Program-made: the position numbers and the translations under genes
In this document: positions 12,275 through 22,522 of the stretch, one piece after another
Position numbering within the stretch: the stretch's first letter is position 1
Layout of the letters: the number at the start of each line of letters is the position of its first letter
Notes under the pieces: generated by a model
Told to the model about the DNA's origin: nothing
What the model saw: only the letters and a program-made list of their open reading frames with translations
The model's database searches: none
From: Escherichia coli
Lineage (GTDB): Bacteria; Pseudomonadota; Gammaproteobacteria; Enterobacterales; Enterobacteriaceae
Strand: one strand, 5' to 3'
DNA: 64,000 nucleotides
Assembly: GCF_016903815.1 (NCBI RefSeq)
Contig: NZ_CP069973.1

Positions 12275-13929
12275 CTCAGTCGTTTCCCTGTGGGTTGCAG
12301 TACCAGTGTGAGCTGGTTGAAAAGGTGAACATCAGCATAGAGCGCAAAGAAACGGTGCAGCATCTCCCCGAAGAGATTCACATCGCCCTCGCCGGCAAAA
12401 TTATCCATATTCAGCGTGACCTCAATGTCCACGCCACGGAGCATAAAGCCCTTTTCAAAACGGCGGATCAGGGTGTGCTTCACAGCAACGATGGCTTCAA
12501 GCCGGCGGCGGTTCATTTCATCGTCGGTCCAGTCATAGAGCGCCAGCGTCCCCCGCAGCACCTCCGGATTGTCCATCATGCTGAGAAAGTTTGATCCGAG
12601 GTGACTCATCACCCGCCAGTGAAACCGGTCATTTGCCGGGGGATACAGTGGCATCGTCGGTGCGGTCAGGTTCAGGACTCTGACGGGGACTTTGCCGGTT
12701 TTGACCACCCTGTCCAGGAGCGTACTTTCCAGCGCCCTGCGCGGAAGCTGCCCGTTGGTCGCGGTGATTCGCATCGAGAGGGACTCCGGTTTATCGGACA
12801 ACTGCTCCAGCTCGAACGAACGCCCCCCGAGAACTAACCATGTGTCATACAGGCCGGAGGGTCCCCGTTTCACACGGGTGTGGTAATAACGTTCAGGAGC
12901 ATCGTGGCGCATCATACCGCCCCGGTGCCGGAAGCTGGTGAACGGGACATAAGGGTGTCTGCCGTTCTTCACCGAGCCGTGAATGTTATCGACGCTGTAA
13001 ATTTCGGTGTGACCATCCTGAAGACGCAGCGGCCTGAGCAGGTACTCGTTATCCAGCGGGTTAAGGATCAGCGGGTCGGCTTCCAGGGTAAAGAGATTGA
13101 TAACCGGCGCACAGTGCAGGCGGAAGTTTTCTGTCTCAAAAGGCAAACCGGATGACCAGGCTTCACTGAGCACAATGTCGATTTCAAACCAGGTACTGGC
13201 CGCAGTGAGCCCAATGGTGTCGAGGCCGCGCAGTTCAACAAACATAAACTTCGGACGGAAGCTGAAATACTCCAGCAGCAACTGGTAACCACTGAAGGCT
13301 GTATCAGCTTTCTTCCACAGGCAGTCATTGTCGTCAAAGCCCATGGGTCTGCACCAGCCGTCAAACTGACGACGTCCGGTATATGTCCCGGCATGACGCG
13401 CATACATGGCATGTACACGCCGGGTCATTGCCAGATGTAGCGCAGCACTTACCGGCGCCTCTGCGTTAAGAAAAATGGCGACTTTGTCGATCCCGGCTTT
13501 ACTCCAGTCCACTTTTTCAGGGCATTCGAAGCGCAGACGGATAGCAGAGCGGCCATCGGATTCAGTATGGAGACGGGCATCTGCAAGGTGCAGCGGTTGT
13601 AGCAACACATCGCGGGTCGCCCGGTACTGGCAGGCGGTTTTATGCGGCCCGACAGGACGGGACAGAACGGAAAAGCCTTCAGCCAGTATTTCGGCCTGAC
13701 GCAGACTACGCCAGTCAGGCGAGAACTCAACGATGGCCAGCGACGGGATAGTCCGCATATAGTGCGGCCACAGCAGACTCACCAGACCTTCGGTGAGCTC
13801 CGGCAGGTCATCATCCAGCTTTTCACGCAAACGTCCCATCAGGAAGGCAAAGCCTTCAAACAGACGTTCCACACTGGGATCGCAGGCACCAGGCTTATCC
13901 AGATTCAGCATTGCTGACGTAATCCACAT
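12271..13929 (-). CDS. tssF: Type VI secretion baseplate protein TssF (N-terminal region possibly disrupted)
   Basis: 552-aa ORF with TssF-like N-terminal motif DPSVERLFEGFAFLMGRLREKL; a further TssF-like piece lies in another frame at 13895-14116. Confidence 0.7.
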   Translation of the reverse strand: MWITSAMLNLDKPGACDPSVERLFEGFAFLMGRLREKLDDDLPELTEGLVSLLWPHYMRTIPSLAIVEFSPDWRSLRQAEILAEGFSVLSRPVGPHKTACQYRATRDVLLQPLHLADARLHTESDGRSAIRLRFECPEKVDWSKAGIDKVAIFLNAEAPVSAALHLAMTRRVHAMYARHAGTYTGRRQFDGWCRPMGFDDNDCLWKKADTAFSGYQLLLEYFSFRPKFMFVELRGLDTIGLTAASTWFEIDIVLSEAWSSGLPFETENFRLHCAPVINLFTLEADPLILNPLDNEYLLRPLRLQDGHTEIYSVDNIHGSVKNGRHPYVPFTSFRHRGGMMRHDAPERYYHTRVKRGPSGLYDTWLVLGGRSFELEQLSDKPESLSMRITATNGQLPRRALESTLLDRVVKTGKVPVRVLNLTAPTMPLYPPANDRFHWRVMSHLGSNFLSMMDNPEVLRGTLALYDWTDDEMNRRRLEAIVAVKHTLIRRFEKGFMLRGVDIEVTLNMDNFAGEGDVNLFGEMLHRFFALYADVHLFNQLTLVLQPTGKRLR

Positions 13930-14936
13930 TCAACAGTGCAATACGCAACCGTTCTTCCGGCCCTGCCTCTGTCTGCCGGCACTCATCCAGGACATCCTGC
14001 CATTGCCGGCGAAGACGGGGCGATTCATTCAGTTCTGTAAAACAGTATTTATCCGCCAGATAATCAATTCGTGTACGCATACTGAAAAGAATTCCGTATA
14101 AAGATTCAGCAGACAAAACTTTATCAGTCTGTAAAAATTAACGGAAGAGTCGATATTTCTCCCGGTCATCACCGGATGATTGTTGCAATAACCAGTGGCA
14201 TCAGAGACTGAACAGCCGTTTTTAACGCAACGTATTGCTCTGATGTATCAGGCCGGGTAACCCGAAAACACCTTTCCACCCGACATTGTCCGCCCGTATC
14301 CATCCCCCGCCAGGTCTGCTGCAGTAAATCCACCACTTGCGAACATTGTTCATCAACTGTGACACTGGCTCGCGGGTGACAAATACTCGTCTGGCTGAGC
14401 AGCAACAGGCATCGCATTGTTGCTCCTCCATGTTGTTCCCGCAACCAGCGTAATACCACCGGCGATGATGGACTGGTCGTGTGATTACGCTCAGTAATAC
14501 GTTCATAAAAGGAAGTACAGAATGCATGAATCTGTTGCCCGTTGATGTTTCCTTCTGCCGAATGGAGCGTGAAGTGAAATGCCAGCAGACGCGGCCAGTG
14601 GTCCACCCCCTGCTGAACAAAACGCCGGATTTCCCCCGGCGCTGAAAGTAAGGCTTCGGTTATTTGCACTATTTTACCCCTGTGAATTTTGTTAAGCCGG
14701 TGCAGACACACGGAAAACGCACATCAACACCAGCACAGTACGATACAAACACCAGTGACTGACGGGACGAAAGGAATAACGAATCAGTCAGGAAAGAGCT
14801 ACAACCTGCTGGCTGACCGGAGAGGGTCAGCAGGAAAATGAACGGTAATGTCGCCAGCACCAGGGACAGAGCTGATTTCCGCAATACCAGCGCCGGCATT
14901 TTGCACATTGCCAGCGTACCGGCATCACAACTCGTT

Positions 14937-15170
14937 TCATGCTGCTCCTCGTGATTCCTCAATTCGCTGCTGCATCCACTGCTCTACTTCACTTTTGTAC
15001 CAGCGGCTGCTGCGCCCCAGTTTGATGGGTTTAGGGAAATGGCCTTCACTGATCAGCTTGTAAAACCATTTGTCGGTCATACCAGTGAAGCTGGTGATGT
15101 AGTTCATGTCGATCAGGGGATCGTCGGCACGCAGCAATACGCTGTCGTGACCTGTCATTGAGGTCAACAT
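14937..15170 (-). CDS. alpA: AlpA-family phage regulatory protein (DNA-binding)
   Basis: 77-aa ORF, ...FTGMTDKWFYKLISEGHFPKPIKLGRSSRWYKSEVEQWM matches the AlpA helix-turn-helix pattern. Confidence 0.75.
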   Translation of the reverse strand: MLTSMTGHDSVLLRADDPLIDMNYITSFTGMTDKWFYKLISEGHFPKPIKLGRSSRWYKSEVEQWMQQRIEESRGAA

Positions 15171-15238
15171 GGTCAGAATGTCCTCTGTGAGATTTATGAA
15201 TGTTGGGCAAATGCGGGTGAATCTGCTGAGCTGAGCTT

Positions 15239-15841
15239 TCAGAGCTGGCCTGCTACGGGATACCAGGGATTACCGGCGAGGTAACGGGCTTCCGGATCGC
15301 GCACACCACGACGATCGCGGGCGAAATCACTGAACGCCCATATCAGCTCTTTGAGTCTCTCTTCGCAGTCCGGTGAACAACTGTCCAGCACCACATCCCG
15401 GGTGATCTGCTTCTGGTACGGTGCTGCTTCACCCGGTGATGCGAAGCCCAGTACGTTGCTCCAGGCATCCAGAATCAGCCGATCCAGTTCAGGGCCGTCG
15501 AAATACTCCTGTCTGACGCACAGCACCACGTGGTATTCCGGTTTTTCAGGATGACGTGTCAGGAGCCAGCAGAGGTCACGTCCGGGTGTTGCATTCATCA
15601 GCGCACTGACGGTTTCGATAAAGGCCATACCGAACCAGGTTTTTCTGTCGCTGAAGATGTTGCCATGTTCCCCCGGCAGACGAAGCAGGATCCGCCGTAT
15701 TCGGGAGCAGGACTGCTCGCGCAACACACGGTTGAGAACGCCGATGATTTTGTTCTGATAAGATGGCCAGAAGGGGGCCAGGCTATAGTCGAAATAAGGG
15801 ATAGCATTCATAAGATATGCTCCGTTATGCGCAGCCCACAA
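15239..15841 (-). CDS. YagK/YfjJ-family (inovirus Gp2-like) protein
   Basis: 200-aa ORF; family assignment from recollection of E. coli cryptic-prophage YagK/YfjJ proteins. Confidence 0.55.
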   Translation of the reverse strand: MWAAHNGAYLMNAIPYFDYSLAPFWPSYQNKIIGVLNRVLREQSCSRIRRILLRLPGEHGNIFSDRKTWFGMAFIETVSALMNATPGRDLCWLLTRHPEKPEYHVVLCVRQEYFDGPELDRLILDAWSNVLGFASPGEAAPYQKQITRDVVLDSCSPDCEERLKELIWAFSDFARDRRGVRDPEARYLAGNPWYPVAGQL

Positions 15842-16068
15842 TGCGTCCTGCCCGTGAATAAGCTGACGTGTTATGGTTTGCGGATGGGGTTGATGGAATA
15901 AGTGAAGAACCGGGGCAGAACGGGAAGATCAGGTCACCGACAAGGGACAGAACACCGGATGTGGTTCAGAGTGAATGATCTCCGTTGACTTCAGTTCACA
16001 TCATTAAGCAAGGCGGTAAGGTTTTACCGACGGAATGTTTCCAGGACAGGAAGCTCAGGATTTAAGCT

Positions 16069-16635
16069 TCAGAAGTGAGGCTTACGAGGACGCCCTGCAG
16101 CAGGTCGTTCAGGAACTTCACTGCAACCGTATGCGCACAGTCCGTCTTTTTGCTCTTCTTTCGCCAGATAATGCAGGACACCGCGAATATTATCGATGCT
16201 CCCGGGATCGTTATGACGCACGGGAATGTTGATGTTGTATGTATAATGCGGCTGATATGTACAGCGGTGTGCCGAACCGCTGTTATGCGTAATAGACTGC
16301 CAGCATTCCGTAATCCGCTCCGCAAAGGGATATATTTTTTTAACCCTCTGACGATCGAGCCAGAAAACCGCATGCGCATGAAAACCATGATCAGCCGTCC
16401 ATTCAATCACCCAGAAGAAACCAACGATATTTTCAAATTGTTCCACCTGCTCCAGCAGCATACGCAACTGCAATTCAAGCCAGCGATGATCAGGTTGTAA
16501 GAAATCAGGCGTATCTTTCCTGTAGAAGAAATCCATGCGTAAGGCCCGCAGGCGGGAATAGCGTGCGACCAACTGATTGATGTGATTGTCAAGTAAAGCG
16601 GTAAAAAACCAGTTTGGTGTGTAAGATTTAGGCAT
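16069..16635 (-). CDS. YagK/YfjJ-family (inovirus Gp2-like) protein, paralog
   Basis: 188-aa ORF sharing motifs with the 15239-15841 and 19308-20039 ORFs (e.g. HAHAVFWLDRQ vs HYHVILLLNKD). Confidence 0.55.
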   Translation of the reverse strand: MPKSYTPNWFFTALLDNHINQLVARYSRLRALRMDFFYRKDTPDFLQPDHRWLELQLRMLLEQVEQFENIVGFFWVIEWTADHGFHAHAVFWLDRQRVKKIYPFAERITECWQSITHNSGSAHRCTYQPHYTYNINIPVRHNDPGSIDNIRGVLHYLAKEEQKDGLCAYGCSEVPERPAAGRPRKPHF

Positions 16636-18128
16636 GCTGATGACTCCTGAAAGTTAATGACGTTTTAAGTGCTGTAAACGAATTAATGCTTTCGCTCATA
16701 ATCAGATCTAAAACGGTAATAACTTACAGACGGTATTTATCAGGCATGCTGTAACAGAATGGATACGTCGGTTATTAACGACACACAGCGTTGTGCTGAA
16801 GGGTATGAGTTATCTGATGGCATTGTCTATAGAGATGAGATAAACGAGGTGCGAAGAAAATACAGATTCAATACAACACAGTGAAATACAGAAAAATACG
16901 AACTGTAATCCCGCTGCCAGGCGGTTAGGAAACATATTACAACTATAAGCTCATGGTTTGTAAATTTGCTCTCAGTGAGTCTGAAAAAACGTTTATAAGG
17001 TCACCACAATAAACTCACACGCGCTTATTCAATCTGTTCTCCAGGATATGAACGTTAACGACACACGATAGCATAAGACAACATACAATGGATGAATAAT
17101 TTTCACCCAGTACCTTAAACAATACAACCGGCAACAAATATAATCAGAAATTCACTCTGTTAATTCTGTTGTTTATCCTGCGCTGTTAAACATGACGGAA
17201 CCATGGATACCTTATCAAAGAGTAAGCATTCAGTTAATCAGTAATGACAGAGAAATTGATGTTCACCAGAATAGTTAAAACACTTCAGATAAACAATCAT
17301 TGTTAAGCAAATACGGTTCATAATGGATAAATTAGAATCAATTACTGTTTTACTGAAGATGAGAATAGATGAATATCAACAATAGCGTAGTAGAGAATAA
17401 CTTACCTGAACATCATATGAGTTACAGTAGTTATGATTGAGGGATGGAGTGAATACGATAACAAGAGTAATACTAATGGAATGTGTAAAGATTGAGAGTG
17501 AGTGAAGACAGGAAGTAAATAACAATAGAGATTGTATGAAAAAGGGAGTGAATAAAGAATATATAAAGAATAAATATAATTATAGTAATAAACCTAAATT
17601 AAAATCATCCTTGTTTGATGAGTAAAAATAATTCTAGAAAATGAATCTGTCTGAAAACTCTTTCTCAGAGATTAACCGATCAGATGCTCAACGGACTCAA
17701 TAAATTGGCTGAGTCAGGTTACCTCATCCACACTCTATTTGTTTCTAGAAGGATCTACCATTTTGTTCATCTACCGGAACACATCAATTTAGTAACTCGA
17801 TAATATCGGTTATGTAGATATTTATCGTTGCTACCAATGCCTAGATTATTATTCTCCAAGTATTTTCTTGACTTACAGGCTAATTTTGAAACAAATGTCA
17901 TGCTATTTTAGGAAAAGAACCTATGCAAAAGTCTGCTATGAGCGAGGAGCAGATATTCATCTGGTATACAAAGACAATATCGCTTAAGTCATCAGTGCTG
18001 CCACTTTAACCACTAGCTCTGCTCTTTTTGGACTTTTGAGCTAAAAATTAAATCTGACAGTGTGATAAGGTGCAAGTTTCTGAAAATACGCCAGTTGTTT
18101 TACACTCAAAAGCCCCCATTACTATCTG

Positions 18129-18884
18129 ATGTTAATGGCGCAGCAGTTATCTTTCAGATTATTAAGGGGAAACAAGAGTATGGCAAGATGTACAGCTCCT
18201 GTACGTGGACATAGCTCAGCAGCAGCTGCTGCTGCCTGTCCCGCATGTCGTAATCGCAGTGGTTATCGCCGCAGTAGCTACAGTTATGATAGTTACCCTT
18301 CTTACTCATCAGGCTCTAGCGGTGGCGGAAGTTATGGAGGCAGTAGCGGTGGTTCCAGCAGCAGCGCGAAGCCACGTTGGTCAAAATCAGGGTCTTCCGT
18401 TTCTTACACAACAGCCCAAGTACAATCACTCACACCAATTCGACAAGCGGTAGAGAAACTTGCCATTGAGCAACCTGATCTGCGTGATGTCTTTCTTTGC
18501 CATGCTTGGGATGACCGACAAGGTATTGCCAAAGAGTTACACGATTTGCTCGAAGCGGCAGGTGTCAAAGTATGGTTCAGCGAAAAGGATCTTGCCCTTG
18601 GTGTTCCGATGATGCGTGCCATTGATAAAGGATTAGCAAACTCTCGAATCGGCTTGGTTTTAGTGACACCTGCATTGTTAAACCGTCTTCCTAAAGAAGG
18701 CGTTGCTGATAAAGAACTTTCCGCCTTACTGGCAGGCAACCAACTCGTTCCCATCGTGCATAACACGACGTATGAAGCTCTCCGTAATGTCAGTCCTTTG
18801 CTTGCATCCCGAAGCGGCCTCGACACGGGAGAAGATACATTGGCAGTTGTTGCAACAAAAATTGCAGAGCTGATCACTGTTTAG
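18129..18884 (+). CDS. TIR-domain protein with Ser/Gly/Tyr-rich low-complexity N-terminal region
   Basis: C-terminal ~140 aa DVFLCHAWDDRQGIAKELHDLLEAAGVKVWFSEKDLALGVPMMRAIDKGLANSRIGLVLVTPALL fits the TIR pattern; start codon uncertain (18129, 18135 or 18180). Confidence 0.75.
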   Translation: MLMAQQLSFRLLRGNKSMARCTAPVRGHSSAAAAAACPACRNRSGYRRSSYSYDSYPSYSSGSSGGGSYGGSSGGSSSSAKPRWSKSGSSVSYTTAQVQSLTPIRQAVEKLAIEQPDLRDVFLCHAWDDRQGIAKELHDLLEAAGVKVWFSEKDLALGVPMMRAIDKGLANSRIGLVLVTPALLNRLPKEGVADKELSALLAGNQLVPIVHNTTYEALRNVSPLLASRSGLDTGEDTLAVVATKIAELITV

Positions 18885-19307
18885 TTTATCCAAGCCACCG
18901 TTAAATATTTCCAGCTCATGAATCTGGTCTGCTATTGCAGGCCAGATATCAGTCAATACTGAAAGGTTTGACCTGCTCCCCGTTGATTAACATAGACTGA
19001 TATAGCAACTTCCGCTTTTGGCACAAAGCAGACCATGAGAAGATAGACGCTATAACATTTGAGTCCTACCAATCGATCTGTTCATTTCCATAAATGGCAG
19101 TAAATGCAAATAACCAGAACAGCCAGGCGCTTTTCGACTTATGGTCGATGTTGCAAAGAGTGAGGAGTGGAAAGCAAGCGTGCGAACGAAAGTAGATGGC
19201 AATCCATTGCATTACTTCAGGACGACTTTTCAGAAAGCGAGCTAAGGGCGTCAGCCAACGCCCTTACCGTGGCATAAGCTCAGGCACCGGATGCCGTTTT
19301 ACAGGGC

Positions 19308-20039
19308 TCACCTGCCATCCAGTAAACGCCCCGGCCCACGACTGCAACCATAATTACGTTGACCAGAACCGTCATGCTGCTTCGTCTCATACTTCACGAG
19401 ATAACAGGCTCTCTCCATGGCTTTCTGCATCGCTTCCACATCACCACGCTTGACCCAGAGCACAGCGGATCCACCAGATTTTTTGTCAGAAGCTTTCCGG
19501 GTATCAGAACATCCACCCGACAAAGGCGTATCATCGGAAGAAGGGCGAGCATCAGATGATGCCGGTTTACGGAAAGGCGTCCGCCTGGAAAAATGAACCA
19601 GTCCATTACCCTGCCAGGGTTCAAGATGCAGAGCGCTACACCATGCCAGCTTGATCAGCGTCGCCAGCGAAGAAGGAACGGTGAAATCCCCTAGCGAGCA
19701 CCAGGTATCTTTGTTGAGCAGTAATATCACGTGATAATGTTTCCTGCCTTTTTCCTTGCCAAACTCCCGACACCAGAAATAACGCAGAGTGGTTGCACGC
19801 ACACGCTTGTTGGCACGTCGTTTATGTCGCTGGTAAGCCTGAATTTTTGCTTTCAGGGATTCGAAAAAACGAGAAATCACCGCTGAATCCGAATCGGGAT
19901 CCATGATGGTGACAGGCATATACTCAGGGAAACGTAAATCCATCCGGATTAACGAGACGACACGGTGTTGCGCCAGGGCACTGTTGAGAATACTTTCAAA
20001 ACGGGATAACCAGTAAGCATTGTGTATTGGTTGATTCAT
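19308..20039 (-). CDS. YagK/YfjJ-family (inovirus Gp2-like) protein, paralog
   Basis: 243-aa ORF MNQPIHNAYWLSRFESILNSALAQHRVVSLIRMDLRFPEY... parallel to the two other paralogs. Confidence 0.6.
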   Translation of the reverse strand: MNQPIHNAYWLSRFESILNSALAQHRVVSLIRMDLRFPEYMPVTIMDPDSDSAVISRFFESLKAKIQAYQRHKRRANKRVRATTLRYFWCREFGKEKGRKHYHVILLLNKDTWCSLGDFTVPSSLATLIKLAWCSALHLEPWQGNGLVHFSRRTPFRKPASSDARPSSDDTPLSGGCSDTRKASDKKSGGSAVLWVKRGDVEAMQKAMERACYLVKYETKQHDGSGQRNYGCSRGPGRLLDGR

Positions 20040-21682
20040 GATGAGAGATCTCCGTTGATTTGGATTGACTTCACATCATTAATCACCGCGGTAAAACTTT
20101 ACGGCATCCCGCCATTGAGCAACGCCAATGGCTCCTGATTAAAACAGAATGAATCCCCCACGAAGAAAAAATAAACCTACACGCAGAGTAAAACACACAA
20201 CAACGGCATAAATGGTTTTTAAAAACTACAAAGCCTGAAGGGAAACGGATCCACAGAACGTGCAAACAAAACACCAAAAACGCAATCAGAACGCTTTCTG
20301 CTGCTGTGAATCAACAACAATACCAAAACCTACAGCTTAACCACAAAACTCAATCACAGAGCCGAATAGCGTGTTTAAAACCTGTTTACAGATAACCCTG
20401 CCACAAGAACAAAGTTCACCAATATCAGAATCGATTTTCTCATCCTGAAAATGTTACGTTTCACTACACAGCATAAAAACGATTAACTATTGATAACGTA
20501 AACCTCATCTGAATCAAAACACCAGAACCAATCATCACGCTTTTCCTGAAAAGAGCCTTGCGCTGAGAAAAAACACCAGGGTCAGTTAATCATCTCATCA
20601 ATCTCATCGTTACAAAAACATCCATAAAACCATTTAACAAAATCATCGTAAGCACACAGTAAATCACGCCAGGTTATCTCAGCCAAATTTTCGTTTTACA
20701 TAAAGACACTTGTCTCAGGTTAACGACTAAAAACACAAAAACTCAGAAAAGGTTAAACGTAACTTCAGAAAAATAGAATATCATATTGATTGCTTAAACA
20801 GGAAAGATTGTTTTGTAGTAGCATTAAGCTGATTTTAGTTAACGTAAAAACAGGACTGACAGGTTTACTAAACTGGATGTGTATCAGACAAAGCAATGTG
20901 TATAACAATACTTAATGAAAACACTTGTAGAATTGTTTATGAAAATACGTGTATGTCTGGTAAAACACTTAGTAGAAAATACGTGTATAACACTTACTGA
21001 AATGCTTAGTAAAAATACTTAGTAAAATATGTGTAGAATTATCTATTTAAAAAGATATGTATATAACACTTAATAAAAACATGTGTATATAGTATCATAC
21101 CGACATTCTCAACATCTTCAGACTTCCATACATACTGGGTGTTGATTTCTCACTTTTACAGCCAGCATGGAGTTTTCTGTCCTAAAAACAGAGCAGATTT
21201 ACTCTGGAATTATTTTTCTACCCCCGTATTTCAGGCCCCAGAAAAGACAATCCGAAGCAAACCGTTTGTCAGCCTCCATATCATCTTTTACCCCCGGAAA
21301 GTGATCGCGTTTACAACCAGAATGACAGCCATACTGATTATGTCGTCTCCCGGCCCCCTTCACATATAACATGCATGTCTGTCATTGCTTACTGCTCCAC
21401 ATGACCGGATTTCACATACAGGATGCACATTCAGTGTTTTTATCGCTACTATAACAGACAGATTACTGTCGTCTTTACTCTTCAGATTGTTAATCTGACC
21501 ACAAGAACAGCCGAACGGCAAAACGCCCTCCACAAGGGGCACATGAACCATAGTTGATAGCATGTTTTTCCTAATCAAGGAATAGTTCAGGAATATTTTA
21601 TTGCATTAATAACTGGCGAATAATCGTTCTGTGAACACAAAATGCTTTTATTTGTAAATTTTATTGCATTGCACTCGTTTTA

Positions 21683-22522
21683 TTGATATGGGGTTTAATA
21701 ACAGATAACCCGGAAAGAAGGAGAAAACAGATGACATTACGGATTAACGATCAGGGGCGAGATAAACAGAATCAATTTTTATCGAAAAATGGAGAAAATC
21801 TGAATTCGTTAAAATCGCGTCATGTGCAGGATAGGCATTTACCTGAATGGCTTAAGGATAAAGTTGCAGCATTCTGGTTTTGTCTGGTGATAAAGGATAT
21901 GAAAGTGTCAGGGAGCAGTTACTATGAACTTACCATGCAACTTCCCACTTCTGAAGAATCTGTTTGCATCAGTAAGCTGTCATCCTCAACCCATGAGATT
22001 CGGCTGGAGATCATCAGGCGATGGATTGATAGTGTAGCGCAGATAGAAACGGAAGCTTTTACTAAAAATCTCGTTGATGCCATCTATAAAAACTGGAAGG
22101 AAATCGGGAACAAAAACCAGGCCACATGGCTTAAAAAAAATCCGGAACAACTCGAGTGGGCATGGAAATATATTAACATTCGTATTCCCGAGTCACATTT
22201 AACCTGGTTTTGCCCCGTCAATAACGAAGAGAAACGCATTGCCATCTTAGCATTGCTTAAAATACTGTATCCCGGAGATATACCATGCCAGTACAACGAC
22301 AAAGAGTTTCATGTCGGGATCTGCGCTGAAGAACATTTTTACAGAAGAATGCACGACGCTTTCAGAAAACAGTTTATCGACGGGAAAAAAGATAAACGGG
22401 TACAAATTAACGTAAAGATATCACCGTCCGCAAAAAGCGCTCTGGACAGACTGACCAGAGCGAGGAAAACAACACAGCAGGCTATTCTGGAACAACTGAT
22501 TCTGAACGGTAGACTGGATTAA
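21683..22522 (+). CDS. Hypothetical protein (no recognisable domain; possible ribbon-helix-helix-like C-terminus)
   Basis: 279-aa ORF; likely true start at MTLRINDQ (21731); function unknown. Confidence 0.5.
   Translation: MIWGLITDNPERRRKQMTLRINDQGRDKQNQFLSKNGENLNSLKSRHVQDRHLPEWLKDKVAAFWFCLVIKDMKVSGSSYYELTMQLPTSEESVCISKLSSSTHEIRLEIIRRWIDSVAQIETEAFTKNLVDAIYKNWKEIGNKNQATWLKKNPEQLEWAWKYINIRIPESHLTWFCPVNNEEKRIAILALLKILYPGDIPCQYNDKEFHVGICAEEHFYRRMHDAFRKQFIDGKKDKRVQINVKISPSAKSALDRLTRARKTTQQAILEQLILNGRLD

Noticed and set aside
13895-14116. 73-aa ORF overlapping the tssF start
   Set aside because: It starts with a non-ATG codon and looks like a displaced N-terminal piece of tssF, not a separate gene; it is noted under the tssF feature instead.
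14169-14711. 180-aa minus-strand ORF upstream of tssF, considered as a possible tssE
   Set aside because: Only a short segment (IRRFVQQGVDHWPRLL) weakly resembles the TssE pattern, and its position and length do not fit an intact tssE. Left as unassigned, possibly decayed DNA.
18205-18877. Overlapping alternate-frame and antisense ORFs (82 and 157 aa) inside the TIR gene
   Set aside because: They are fully contained in the TIR-domain CDS, carry no recognisable motifs and reflect the repetitive codon composition of the low-complexity region.
20860-21100. Possible CRISPR array
   Set aside because: The repeats are short (under 12 nt), imperfect and irregularly spaced in AT-rich DNA, with no 28-37 nt repeats and no cas genes in the window.
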